Assembly (NCBI GenBank): GCA_051362555.1
Contig: CM120640.1
Span: 67,434,788-67,498,787 of the forward strand
Source: Lingula anatina
Lineage: Eukaryota; Animalia; Brachiopoda
DNA: 64,000 nucleotides
Direction of reading: 5' to 3'
The notes under the pieces were generated by a model that worked only from the letters and a program-made list of their open reading frames with translations, ran no database searches and was not told the origin of the DNA. Made by a program: the position numbers and the translations under genes. Each line of letters opens with the position of its first letter. Position 1 is the stretch's first letter. Positions 27,501 through 42,195 of the stretch are shown here, piece after piece.

Positions 27501-30500
27501 AAAAAAAAATGACCATCGGGATCTCAGACATACTTTTCACTTCAATGTAAAATCCTTTTATCAATACTTCGTATGGTATTCCTTTCTGAGAGCAAAAGCA
27601 GCTATGCATGCATACTATTTTTAAGGACAGCGATGATGCAAACAGAAGTAGTACCAGTGTTCCTAAACCAATTTAAATCACTTACCGGAATTCATTTGAA
27701 TAATTTAATTGAAATATTGAAACTTAAATATTGAGTTTCTCAATTATCAGTATCTTCTCGCGACAACACAGACAAGGCGCCATAAGCATGCATACAATGG
27801 AAAAAAAAATGCTCGGTTAAGACGTAAAAGACGTAAAAATATTACATTTTGACCTTGAGAAGATAATCAAGAGATAAACACATTTAACACCTATTGTCAT
27901 TTCCGCGTACAAATATCAAATCTATTAAGAATTGCAGCCAATAATGAAACTAGGAGGGTATATACTAAGATACTAAAGTACCAATCGACATCTTCTCCTT
28001 AACATGATGCTTTTTATTAATGCACTTATGGAAAAGAATATGATATTTCTTATTCATCGATACGATATTGTAATGACCAATCTGTTCTTAATAAGGACTA
28101 TACACGTTTCACGATTAAGAGAGACTTGACGATCTTAGAAATGCAATTATTCAGAAAAGGACCTTGGAAACCAATCGAGCACACCTGCATATCGATAAGA
28201 TATCATTTACTATTATTCTCATATTCCACTAAGGAAACAATACTTCTCAACAAGAAGTTTTATTCTATATCTTTTCGCCGTGACTGAATATAATTGCGAA
28301 AGAAACTATTAGAATGGCAATAATAGAAAATTTACAATATTATCATCAAATGATGCGTGTTGCTTTAGTGGGGTTTGCTTTTGGAAATAATGCTATAAAT
28401 ATGAACATAATGATATATCATTAAACTGGCATATCTTAGGTTCCATTATCAATTCACTGGGTAGTACAATATTTGCATTTGGTCGATGTTCGTTTTTCGA
28501 GAAAAACGCCATTTCTTGAAGATCGATATTGATAGTTTAGTGGTAGATTAGACCATATTCAAACTGAGTATCAAAGAAAGATCTATTGGACGATGTTCCC
28601 TGCACAAAAACCTCAAAATAGCCAGCATAACCTTTATGATCCTTTATGTAAATCATAGCCTACAGCGATCTCTCGCTTATTGTTATATAATAGGGTTGCG
28701 CTTTACTAACCGTTTAGATGTAAAATTCGCGGTGATGATGTTACACTGCATCATAGTGTATGCCACAAGTTGCACTGAGATGAGAAATGAACATGCCTCC
28801 ATAGCAGACGACAGAAGGCACAGGCACATACTACAGTATATCAGTGATAATTCCTATAGGCGCAACATGTAACTCGACCATGGGATTCCACAGATATACC
28901 ATGCATTTTTATTATTGAATATCTTACAAGTTCGCTTTTTTTTTTTTTTTGGGGGGTGGGGGGTGGGGGGGGAGGTGGAAATTAAAAGATAAAAACGCTC
29001 TTCATGTGCTAACCCTGAAGCAGTAGACTAATAAGCGCCTATAAACGGTAGATTTAACCGCGCTTCATTATAGGATATATGTCGTCAAGGAGTGATACAT
29101 TTTCAAACCTGTGACAGTAGTTTCCCATATTGAAGTGATACGTCAATTTACAAAACACAAATTGTTAAGTTGATCGCGTCTTGCTCAGCAACGCATATTT
29201 CAAAAAAAAATATAGGAAAAGCTCAATAAACCCTATCTTAACAATTATGACGGAAACGAACGTTCATTTCTTGAGCTTAAAATAGTGAAGTCATTTCATT
29301 TCAGTGTTGTGCCACTGTGGTTTGTCTCTGGAAACCACTCTATTATACAAGCCCCAAGACTCGTGTAAGGAACAGGGGTAGTAACCAACTGGGTGTCATT
29401 ACTGGTCCTTACCTATTTTGGTGCAGTGTATGACAAACACAATTATCTAGATCTCAGTGTTTTTTTTGTTGTTTTTTTCATTTCTAGTAGATTGGACATT
29501 ATTAATTTCAAATATAGAGTTATAGTATTTAATAAAAGTTCTATGGGAGATTCACATCCTAAATCTTTTCCTCGGGCAACTTATATCTCTTGATCTTATG
29601 GCTACGGCAGCTATAGAAGAGGTTAAGCCTTTAATTAACCCCGGCCAAGGCCCACTGGAATTAATCCCATGTCCAAAGTTACCGTGTTTCAATGACAGTA
29701 CACGGTAAAGACATGTAGACGGGGTCACAGACATCACATTAAAAGACACACTTTTATCACAGTGAATTCACATGTAGACATAAACTCGTTGTTATATCAC
29801 ACAGCATTAGGAGAAGCCTATCTGTAAATGGCACACATGAAGTACATAGACGTCTTCACTTTATTACATTTAGATTACATAATTCCAGGCCATGTAGAGG
29901 GCAAAAAAGAAGAAATGCGCCTAAGGGGTTAAAGTGAATCGACTTGATACAGGTGTTCTATTTTCTTGTCTATTTTCTACATTTAAATTCACCAAACACA
30001 TCACTTGCAGATCGCCTCTGCACGCACGCACACGTACATACACACTATCACATGAAAACGAATGCACACATATATGATCTAATTTAATGTATGTATTTTA
30101 TAATACAGTGTTCTTATTAGAGTACAAGTGGCCGTTTTTTCTGGAAAGATTTCTGAGCATCAATCAGATGTTATCTCTTTCTTCTTCTCCCGGCCACTAA
30201 TCATCAGATTTCAACTCTACACAATCAATTTACAACGAGTGTAGCTGTCGGAAGCGGTCACTGTTTGCCTGATGACTTTCGGACTACTGAATCAGGCGTT
30301 TGATTGCTGAATTAATCGAGCAACACACGAGAAGAAGAAATATCCGCGTGTCTAGGTTGAGCAAGGTCGGTGGTATACATGTAGCTTACACCCGTCACGC
30401 CGTGGTATCCACCCGTTGATTTGAAGTTTATCTGAGCATTCTCCTAACAAGGAAAGGTGTCATTAGAAACTCGAGGGAAAGGTTTGGGGTTTTCATCACA

Positions 30501-30990
30501 CACGTACAGATACTCATGTTATAATGACTGAGTTAAAACCTAACGTATTACATTTCCGTGAAATCCATGAACGAAGAGTAAAAAAGGATAAGGCTGTAAA
30601 CAATAAACAAGTTTCTTAATTGACATCTAGTGAGCCCGAAAATGTGTATTGGAGATATGTTAAGATACTCTGATGTTAATGTCGTGAATCTTGCAGAGTA
30701 TCGAATTTTTTGCATTAATAAATCAAACATCCAATTACGGTAGGAACAGCATCCTTAGATCAGCTAGACAGTAATGACCAAGTGTTGTTTCTCAGTGGAC
30801 AGTAGATGTGACACGTGCAAACAGGGTAAATTCATATTTCTAGTGATTTTTTATTATCATTTACCTGTTCAACAAAGGTGATGATTTGTCTTTGGACTGT
30901 TTTTGTGAAATAAAACCTATCCAGCGACAAGGAAAAGTGGGAAAACAAACGTAAATATGCAACTATACATGTACAAATACACATACTCAC

Positions 30991-31414
30991 CGATCACTAT
31001 GGTCATCAGGTCTGAAACGGCCAAACTGAACAAATAGTAGTTGGTCGCCGTATGCATACAATTATTCCTGGCTATAACTATGCACGTGCATACGTTTCCC
31101 ACAACTCCCGTTACGAAGATAGTACAGTACACTATAGTCAAAACGGCTAAAAGGCCTTCATCCGTACTTCCACCAAACTTGGCTCGCAACGCTTCCTCTT
31201 TGTTAAACAATGTATAATTTGAAGTAAAATTGGATGCGTTTTTTGGCAACATAGTGGCTTCCAAATGGGGAATTGCGTGCACTGGTCTGTGCCACATATC
31301 TTTATCGTTATTCTTGTAAGAAATAAAGTCGTTGGACGACGGAAACAATACCGTTGCTGCAGAAGCGTTTTCCAGAATCACCGCTGCAATCCCTTTGGCA
31401 AGTCTCTGAGCCAT
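30991..31414 (-). CDS. Neuromedin U/pyrokinin/CAPA-type GPCR, first coding exon (N-terminus, TM1, TM2)
   Basis: ATG at 31414 with an in-frame TGA 7 codons upstream; N-glycosylation sequons (NAS, NAS, NFT, NYT); [38 protein letters not shown] is the family TM1-TM2 signature; donor TCG|GTGAGT, phase 1. A downstream Met could be the true start. Confidence 0.93.
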
Positions 31415-32364
31415 AACTTCTCGACAGCTAATTCAATCGCTTTTATGGGGTATATACCGTTGGCCAGAATCCTGATTTCCTTTCGTTACACCGCATCTAT
31501 CAATGCAGAAGTGAGCCAAGATTTATAAGAAAAATCTTTTGCTTCTCCAGAGTTCGTGCGTCACATGCAGTCTCTGTTAAAGCAAATAGTGAATTACTCG
31601 CTTTGTCGGCAGATGTTTCTTCTCTATGACTTACGCTGAACAAGCTTGGTGTTTTTCATCTTCGGTGCTATTCAGAAATTATGAGCAGGCATAGTCAGGA
31701 AAAGGTATAACTGCTTTACGTAATGAATTAGCTTTCAATCACAACAATATTGTTCACCATACTCGCACTGTTTCCCGTGAAGTTCCGTTGAGTTGCCTTG
31801 CGAAGTGACTACTGACACGAGTTGCTCGTAACCTGCCAATAGACACAATGCAATTAACCTTGTGCGAACCCAAGGCCTACCATTCTCTTTGGAAACTTCT
31901 CGGTGAAAATAACATTTTGGCAAAAGTATATTCTTGGAATGCAGTTATTTTCCTTTTAAGACAAAGATGTATCTAGGAATCCAGTGCTTCTCCAGAAGTA
32001 GGCACAACATCCTCCAGTATAATGGAAATCACGAACTCACAATGATTTGTGTTTCATCCCCCGGTGCTCTTCATTTCTGTAAAAAACACTCACGTTTTTC
32101 TTCTCCAACCAAACACTGATCCCCTCCCCGTAAACCAATCGATCGTGACTGGAAGATGCAAGTCAATTCTGAATCATCCACAGTTCAGCGGGCAAATACT
32201 TCAAAATCGATGAAAATAAACCCACAATGAACTTTCCCTGTATGAACAAAGATAATTTCAATTTCGTCGAAATTCCTTGCGTTGTGACCCTCACTCCGTG
32301 TTTTTCATCAGCTCAACTGATCTGAATACTGGCGGCAATCTCGTGGATGCTCCAGCAGTATACT

Positions 32365-32372
32365 TGACGTCA
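32365..32372. promoter_or_regulatory. Possible CRE/ATF site TGACGTCA ~950 bp upstream of the GPCR start codon
   Basis: Exact palindromic CRE consensus; function untested and a chance match is possible. Confidence 0.2.
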
Positions 32373-33574
32373 CATAATTGATATTTGCCTGGAAAGACTA
32401 CGGGACCCATACATTGTAGTTTTACTCTACAGTCAGCGTGATGAGATCGTTAACTTTTGTGGTAATCACTGGTATATGACTGGGGTGACGTCCCTGATGT
32501 ATGTTTATAAAACCTCGATTCAGGCCGTTCGCCAGAAGTGGAGTTATTTGAATGACTGGCGTAAGTTTAAGCAGTTTAGAAGCAGTTCATTCGACAGAAG
32601 TACAGTCAGTCTGCGTCTGGGAATCTTTGTTAACAGAGCATTAGCTATGTGTCCTCCTCCGAGAACATTTCGTGGATGTATTTGGAAAAAAAGTGGTCCG
32701 CGTCAGGTTCGATATTTTGCGTTCGTCATTTCCGACATTCTTTCTTACCTGGAAATGAAAGCAAAGTCATTAGCACGTATTAGGAAGAGTCTCTTATATG
32801 ATGATAAATTATCTATTAAACTGTGATTCCAAGCTCGCTATCCTGATTACATAATTACATTTACTGTGAATCCCATCATCCTCGACCTCCCCCCGGCCCC
32901 AATCACATTCTCTTATCGTTTTTATGTCCATCGATCCGTTTGCGCGCATTTACCATGACTCTCATCTCTGCTATCGCATGGCGTAAGACTACTTACGTAG
33001 CGGTAGGTGTCGTCTGCTGCTGTGTTCACTCTCCGCCAATAAGAGTGCTTTAATTGGATTTGCATTAACCCTATCACATAGCTAAGTTGTTGAAATACAA
33101 GATGATATTAAACACTCCAAAGTATTTCACTATTAGACTAACCATATTTAATTTATTAGAAATAAAATTTCTCTGTTTCAATTATATAATAAGTTAGCTT
33201 ATTTCAAAGTTAGTGAGGACAATTAATCTACTGGCGCGCATATTTTAAGCAAACCAAATACTCGGACACCCTCAATATGTACTGGCGTTCACGTGGACGA
33301 AAGCAAAAACCTGTGTTATCTTGTGTTTGAATTTGGGCCACCAGTTCAGCAATGCTCTGACTAAGTGGATGGAATAACATTTCATGCATACCAGTAAAAC
33401 GTATCTGTGCATGTATCACATTTGTTGCCCTACCCCCGATGTATAGACACCGCAATTGCTTACGCTAGGTCAAAATATCGCGCTCTCTACATAACCAACA
33501 CGCCCTTACTGGAATCTTATTGGAAAATAACAGACGTTCCTCGAACCTACACACCAAATACTAGCCATTCACAT

Positions 33575-33594
33575 GAGAGAGAGAGAGAGAGAGA
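33575..33594. repeat. (GA)n microsatellite
   Basis: About 10 GA units. Confidence 0.85.
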
Positions 33595-36500
33595 AAGGGA
33601 GGGCAAGTACCTGCAAGAGAGTGATAGTATAGGTATTTAGAAAACATGCTGATTTAATAAAGGCTACATGCATTTCGTATGAGCAACCTGACACAGAAAG
33701 TAATTACACACTCCAGAACTAGTAAACTTTTATATAGACTCATTCTCAGGACAATATGAGTTCCCACATAAATCGGCAAACAATCGTTATTAATGGATTT
33801 GATTAGTGTAATTTCTTCAATTATAACGAATGGTTCTTATAATTATTCAGAGAGCCCCTATGACAGGTGAAGAAAAGCCTACACACTTGAAGCTGTAAAC
33901 TCTGGTTACTCAAGCCATCTTCAAGATACACGAATCTTCGCCATTTCAAAAATAACGGTAATTTGAAAATGCCATGACAGGTACACGCAACGAATAGGGT
34001 GGTATACCTGCAGTTGACCTAATGGGTTGACGTGTAGAGCTACCCCTTGCCACGTTACCACCCCATCAACAACAGATGAACCCAATAAGTGTCTGGTCAA
34101 ACAACTATAGCGATCTTTAGCACACAGTGTGACAAAGATTAATACTCGAACTGTGTTGTCAGCCTTGCTGAACTTCATTGCCTATTACTACGCTTGACGT
34201 TGAAACGGGAAGGAAAGACAAATGGGTAACTTGAAGAGTTCCCCTGTGGGTTCTGCTCTAAGTACCAAACATTTAAAAAACCATTATGGATCATTAACTT
34301 CAAACCCACAACAAGAAATTATTGACAATATCATATAAGCATTTTTCTTTTGATCACTTTGCGCGATTTATACGCATTTTCTGTTGATATGATGATCTCT
34401 GTTGGAAGTTATCGGATGAAGAGGCGGTGCGAGGAACTTACGCGCTTCCTTTCTAAATTTTTCGTCCGCCATCAACCAACTATACAGTTCTTACTGACCA
34501 TCATTTTAACAAGTTCCAAAGTCGAAAATAAACTATACATGTACATATATTTTTCGAAAAGTATTTGTCCCTTGCATGCCCTACTCATGCCCTACTCATT
34601 CATGGTTCCTCCTCGCGTGTCTTCACACATGTGAACTGTGACATGTATAATATGCATTTTCTAGTTGTCAAAATGAGCCCAGACACAACAGTAGTGACAA
34701 TTATTAGGCGCTGGGGGGTTCAACAGACACGTGTAACTTAATTGCAGTCCATTTCAAAATAATAACGATAACTGTAATTCGAAAGGCCAGTCCCACATCA
34801 TGGCATTGATATGCTGAAACACGAGGAACCATAAGATACAACAAACGACTTTTACGGTATACTGTTACCTCCAGTACTTGACGATCCCCAGTCTAGTTAT
34901 TTATTACTATGGCCCAACATAATGTGGATCCTAGAGTTTAAACACAGAAAAACCGTATGGAAATAGTAATAAGTTTAAGGACCCTCTTCAGAATGGGCCA
35001 GACCTAGTGAGCGGTTAACTACATACCTTGTATTTTCAGTTTGTGTAAAATGTAAAAAAATCATTTTTGTAGATTTAAATAACCCATCTAATTTAAAAGG
35101 GCGACACATGCTTTTGGACATGAGTAAAGAAAAGGTGACGAGAAAATGGAAGTATTTATTTATATGCAAATTGCGTATACCTTCTATTTAAGTTCTAAAA
35201 ATTTTACGCCAAATTTTACACACCATTAATATTTCCAGTTTGTAAGATAAGTAACTGTCTCCGCAGAAAAGCCTTATATCGACAAAAATCAATTTGCTAT
35301 TCAGCTATGGATCATTACAATGACAGCGGTAATGTTAATCGAAGTAAAAGAAAAAAGAAAAGATTAATGACTATGTACCGTAGAAGCCCGAGCACTTCTA
35401 ATAGCACATATGTTTTCAAGTAACGTATCAGTATCTCACAATGAAAACATTCTCTGAAACTTATCAGTCTTCTTTTGTATTGCAGACAGGCTATTGTGTC
35501 AGCTAGCCGTCGGTGTTTTTTTTTTTTTTTTTTTTTTTTGTACTAGTGCTCACCCTACCAGTAACCCGTGAACTACACGGGTGCCATCTATACGGGCAGA
35601 TGTATACTACAGAAAAGTCGTTCCTTTTTATATGATAAACTGAACCCAAATTAGGTTAAGCAGAAAAAAACAGGACTTACTCAAAGTTACAAAATGAATT
35701 CATGTTGACCCCATTTCCGTAAAATAACTTTAGTGAAAACAAATAGAGGACATACATGTAATTTTACGCAGCAAAGCACTTCTTGAGATTTATTCTTAAG
35801 CAGTTACTCAATGTTTTTCCATAATGTACCATTAAAACAAGTGAATGATCAAAGGGCTATGAGAATTCCATATACATATATCATTTGGAAACCCTCCACA
35901 TGTCAAAATGATCTATCAACTTGGCAAATTTATAGATCTGTGTAATCTTTGGAATTAAGTTAGCGGACAGTGATCAAATCTATAACCATTTATAACCTTT
36001 CTGCTGTGAATATAATGGTATCAAGAGAGTTCGATTAATTAAATTAGTTGAACTTTATATTGCCTGAAGGTGATAATCAAATATCACTTACTCACGGCCC
36101 ATTACTCATGGCTTGTTGGATGGCTACGACATTTAACAATTAAATGTACTTGTTGAGTCTGTCCACGTATTAGAGCAAGTGCTGGGTACCATGACTAAAA
36201 GACATGTTGTCGGCTATATATTATGTGAAAGAGTTCTATTATGGGTCTGCCTTGTTATTTCTTATAGGTTCTTAGATCACCTGTGCTTGTGCACGTTTAA
36301 TCATGATCTCCTAATACTAAAAAAAATGAAATGTTTTTAAAACTGTCAACTGTAAAATTTTCTGCTCAGCTTTGTTGAATATCTGCATATTACCATTCCT
36401 GATTTTAAGCCAGAATCGAATAGATAGTTTTTAGAGCGGTAAAATATCCTGATAGATTATGTCGACCGAACGGCAGAAATGGGACGTTTCTTCAAAGCTT

Positions 36501-39500
36501 AAGTGGAATTAGAAGCAAAGATTTTTGATGATAGGTTCTTATAATTGAGTTCACATTATGGATCATAATAATCTATGAAGGCCTATAAATTTTTTGTTAG
36601 AAAGAAATCAATACATCTGCCTTAGTTGACTCTTTTTGATGCTAGGGTGCTTTTTGTTGTTTTTTAATAATATGAAGTGTAATTTTCTATCTCGAAATAT
36701 TGTGAAACTAAAAGAGTAATAATAAGGTGATTTTAAGAATCTGTAGTTGACATTTTCCAATGTTGCGGCGTTGCTTTTCAGATCTAGTTTATACATGATC
36801 TTTTCAAATCTAGTCTACAGTCTATAGGATTGTCAAAACAGCCATTCTCAGCAGCACTTTCCAATAAAGCTCATATTGCTATTCATCTTAATTACTAAAG
36901 AATGAAATCTGTTACATAGACTCACACACTTTGTGCATAGAAAAAAACGGACAAGCAGATTGCCCTAAACATTTTAGTCGACTCCCAAATCGTCCATCAC
37001 TGTATATTTGCAAGTTGCTAAAAGCAGATGGCGGTTTGACAGTTGAAATGTGATGTACCATATTGTAAAATACCATCATACATGTACAAAGCTGTTGGTA
37101 ACATGTTTTTAGCGTACTAATGAAAAATTGATTATATATAATGAGTGATAGATATGAAAATAATGATAGTGACGAGTGTGTCGTGCCATTTTTATTTTCG
37201 GATTTCTGGAGGCATTTCTTTTGGAAAAAGTGACATGAAGTCTTGAATCTAGTAAGACTTATGTTAAAATATTGTCTTGTTAAACCAGAAAGTTGTATAG
37301 GTACATTACAAACACCAATTCGCATATGCAAATAAGAGTAACTATATTACAAACGCGTGGAGACCATGACGCACAATTTTTCTTAATTCAGTTTTGGTGT
37401 TCCAAATCCCTAACAAAAAAAAAGCCGCCAACATATCTTCGCTATTCTTAATAAATATAGAATAATTATAGAGAAAGAAAGAAAGCGTACTGACGAGCGT
37501 GTTATGGGTGTCTTAGTAAGGAAGCTTGATTAAACAGACAGGTTCAATAAGAATTACGCACCGATAGGTCCTGCGCGCATCGTGAGACGCTAATCGCACG
37601 CAAATGTATACTGATAACTATCAAAACGTTTTCTACGGGGGAAAGACTCCAATATCAAGATCAGCAATCAGTAATAAATATACACTAAGGGATCTGTTTC
37701 ATTTTGAGAGTCAGTGCTGATCTGTTTTATCGTACTTCTCTCCCCTGACAGGGTCAACTCGCCGAATATTAATACAGTTTACGTAAATATCCCGTGACTT
37801 TTGACAAGGATATTTGCAAGGGCACGTTCTTTAGTGACAGTTTGTTTTCACTGGGAAAGACCTGCCGTTCTAATTTAAGTGGTTCATTCACAACAATTTT
37901 TCAATGAAGTATAAAATATAGGAAGAATGCAGAATCACTTTATAAGTGGGCATACCTCATGCCTGCCAAGGGTTATTTTGGGATCACCAAAATTGGTGAG
38001 ACAGATATTTGTGCTTAAATTCCGTCCACGACATTTTGTAGGCCGCTAGTATACATTGCTTGTTTGCAAGACATGTCAAGTTTCTACACTTAGATCCGAA
38101 AGCAGATCCATCTGCATGTATTTATTACTTATGGGATAGTTAGATTGGACTATTGCAGAGCCTAACCCTAGTTTAGACGGTTTTCTGTTAAGTATGTATG
38201 ACCCTACCTTTTTTAATGGTTAATTACATTTTTGTCACGGCTGACCTTCAGTTGTCTGCAGAGATGATTGTATTTACAATACAAATCTAATTAAATATCA
38301 TGCATAGATGTGAACAGTTAACAAAAACAGTGTAACTTGTGCAAGTACCAGAAGTTCGTTTACACCAAGCAATGAACAAAAGCACACCCATTATGCTGGT
38401 ATTGTTATCTTCTGAACATTTTGAAGAGATAATGATCTTTTTTTCTGGCAGCCCAGAAAAAAAATCCCTTTGTGACATTATCCTATATGTTATTAATCAC
38501 TATCGCACCATTACAACCATATTAAGGGAGGATCACCAGAGGTTAAGTGGTGTTAATTGTCATAAAAATAAACGGGGGTCAGTGACAATTAAGTCGGTGG
38601 CAACGGTTCCCTTGTTTATCAGTCTTGCACGCAATTTGGCAGTAAACTGACATGTTTTTAGATTGTTTTGACGGATGGATTTTATCACCGTATCACTCAG
38701 TTTTCGAGTACATTTGCAGTCGGTAAGGTACAGTTGAAGGAATGCCTTGACTAACCTTTGAGCAGGGCCTCGCTGAATTCTGGCCAGGACCGTTGACCTT
38801 AATGTCATCATTTTGCGTCTTAGTCAAAAGCCAACAAATTTCGATTTGCTCTAATCATTTTCTGGTGTATCTCGAGTTCGCGCTTTCCTCCCTCCGTTTC
38901 TGTAACACATTCCTATCTAACCTCTAACAATACCAAAGCACCTGGCAGCCAGGCAACAGTTCTAATTACTTTTGCGGAGTAAAATGGCGAAGGTTTAAGG
39001 AAACGCCACTAAACCACATGTACATACGGTTTCCAATGCCACCGAATTGAACAGAGTGGAAAATATCCCCGCGGTGTGCAATTTGCAGGAAAACCAAACC
39101 CGCCAACTTTGATAAATTAGAATTCTAGGCTGAATCGAGGAGATAAAGAACATCTGAAGCGCCTACAGGATAAACATGTCGTAATTGACACGAAACCCAA
39201 TTGTGCTGTGGGAGTTTGCTGTTATTTAACCATATATAAGGTCATAAAAAAAACGTTGGGGGTATTTGTTGTGCTCATCGATTTTGGTACATCTACCTCA
39301 TCCGATTGGTGATTACTGACAAGCATTAGACTACGAAGAATGACTGCAGCTGATTATCTACGAATTTGTCTCTAAACACTGTGCTGTAAAAATTCTACAA
39401 TATCATAAAACCTGGATAAAGAATATTCAACTGTTTGCTTATATATTTCACCTGACATAAAAATCCCCTGTAATCCGACAGCAAAAAGACAATAAATGCC

Positions 39501-42150
39501 TTACTCACTGAGCTTCTGGACCAGCAAGACCCTTCCATCCAAACTTATTAGCTAGAAAAACCACTTCGACGCCAATCAGATTCCGTCCCTGTAATTTGGC
39601 AGAAAAATCCACAACTTCCTTTAGCGCCACTCATATCATTTCCAACAAATAAGTTGATATAATGATCTTATAAACATTTCCTTTGTCATGAATTGGACAT
39701 ATTTAGGCAATCAACGACCACTGTTCATTAACAAGTCTTTCGCACGATATTCATATGCTTAGATTTGACTGAACAAACGCTATCACTTATGGTTCTGTTT
39801 CCTGCCCAGCATCGACGTGTCCACAAAGGCTACCTCTGCCAACACGAATCGTACAACGTGGTCATAGGCGCAAAATCCGCCAAACCTCTTAAAAATAATT
39901 TAGTCCAAATTTACTATCAATAGATAATTCCTTTCTTAGCAAAATCTTTCAAAATCAAGAATTATTTCTTGTGCAATATCGTGTAATATTCATTTCTAAA
40001 AATAAATGCCTATGCCTTCGGAGTTGTTCCCCAAAATGCTGCCATTCACATTTGATTCAATAACCTGCCAAAATCGACCAGTCTAACTCACTTAAGGTGA
40101 CATTCTACTGTATCAACAGAACTATTCAAAGCCAAATGAATAATACCAACCAGTGTTAATGGCGTGCCTTTTGGGGTTTTGGGATATCAAACAGTCAACG
40201 GACCAACAAAAAGTCAACCAACTCGTCCTTGAATGAGAGCAATTACTGTGACGGCATAGTCCCCAAAATGTTTTAGATACAGATGCATCTGTCTAACAGT
40301 TATCTTCAAAGCAAAACCAGCATAGCTTATAACCTTTCCTTTATTTCTATATGAGTAAGGCTAATGCCAAAGAGCCAACTTTACTTGAGAGCCAAGCGGA
40401 AACGCAAGAAACTCTTTTTCGAAAGTCGTGCGCTCGAAAATATAAATTCGTAAAGATAAAATAGGTTGAGCGCTATAGATAATAGGGCCTACTTTTGTAT
40501 TATTACCACAGATGAAAAGTCAGTATGCCAGAATGGAAATAATCAGTCATGTGAGAAAACAGAACTTGCGAGAATCTACGAGGTGGGGCTTTTTTTTAAC
40601 CCTTTGTGCAATACAAAAGTACATACAGGGAGGCTGATATCACCCTATGCGCGGTGATATTAGCGTAGTGATGTCAGCGTATTCTATTCAAAATTAAGGG
40701 TTTTGGGTGGAAAACATGTACGATTTCTTTGTATTTATGACATGCAATGCACTGCTGCATGTAGGCCTACCTCGCTATCGCTCGGCATGCTACCGTGTAC
40801 ATGTATATTGGGCTCGTGGGCAGTGCCTCATTTAGTACGTACAGGTAACACGCAAAACATAGTGATATGCAGTGTTGTGCAAAAAATGTAACCTTGTTAG
40901 CTTTTACCTTAGATTTTGTCGCGTATATTTAAATAATTAAAACAATGGCCTGCATGTTTAACATATGAAGATCTGTAATGTGTAAATAATTCACACACAA
41001 CTGCCATGCAGGTTTGTCTGTTTCAACTAGTCGGAATGCTACATTCGACTGATATCGATCAGCCAAATTAGTGTAACGTTGACAATCTGTATCTTCATTT
41101 TGCGACTGGGCAAAAATCAGTACGAATAAATAATTTCCATCGTGTAACCCAGGGTAGAATGAGTGCTTTATTAATGTCACGCGTATCTCAGACAAAGAGC
41201 AATGGGAGTATACATATACATTAGGGAATTGCTAGATGGATAAGGTATAACATCAGATTAGGTTAAAAAATACCTTGGTGCTATAATGCATCCCTTTACA
41301 GTTGTAAACTCCTATTATTACAACAGGTTGACGCATCTAAAAGTCCCACTGTCCCCATTTTTTGTCATTGTTTGAGCAATTTTGATGCCCGATGACATTC
41401 AATATTGATACTATTATTGCACCTAATTCATTGGACATCGGCTTAGACAATCATTCACACACTTCCAGAAGCACTGTTTCCCAACTGACACACCTGCACC
41501 AATAGGGGGCTATTAATTCATGTCATATAGTCAGGGAATAAAGGGTTGCGTTCGACTTGTTTTGTTGCTTAGGCAGTGAGCTCAATTAATTGCAAATGAT
41601 ATCATTTTTCAACTTTCTCTTCTGTTTAACAGTTTTAAGTGAAATGTCATCGGATAATAAATGATGGCTAACGAGGAATTAGTACTTATGTGGAATTTTT
41701 GTTATTCTTCCTGCATACGGTAGCATGTTTCATTTTTGTTTATATCGTTTGGCGCAGTGGTGCTTGAAATTTGACGTTTCCTGCTCAATGATATTGTAAG
41801 GTGTACAAAGATTTTTTTAAGTACCAAATGATCCAAGGCAGCCACGTCGCGTTTTTGTGGTGTTTCATGTAAAAACACCTGTGCCTAATTACTGAATACC
41901 TGTCATTGACGTGCAGAAAAAATAATCTGTGAAAAGCCAACGTTTATTTAAATGGACGTTAAAAATGACCCTCGTAATAGTAGTTCATCTGGAACACGAT
42001 AAGCTGAGCTATTTACCTACGACAATGGTATTATTAACTGGCAGCCACACTCACTTACATGGTGCAAATGACTTGACAAAATGGAATCCAGATATAAAGA
42101 CTACTAGCTTGTAGCATATCTTTGTCTTATCTTTGGTTTATCTTTAAATA

Positions 42151-42153
<3 letters not shown>

Positions 42154-42193
<40 letters not shown>
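42154..42193. repeat. Poly(A) tract, ~40 nt
   Basis: Uninterrupted A run; no recognisable retroelement body upstream. Confidence 0.85.

Positions 42194-42195
<2 letters not shown>

Noticed and set aside
29635-29932. TTAA-CCCC ... GGGG-TTAA, piggyBac-like ends
   Set aside because: The inverted match does not extend beyond 8 bp at the ends; insufficient without other copies.
17100-30900. 60-140-aa ORFs in GPCR intron 1 (e.g. 25451-25879)
   Set aside because: Composition typical of random AT-rich frames; no domains or splice support seen.
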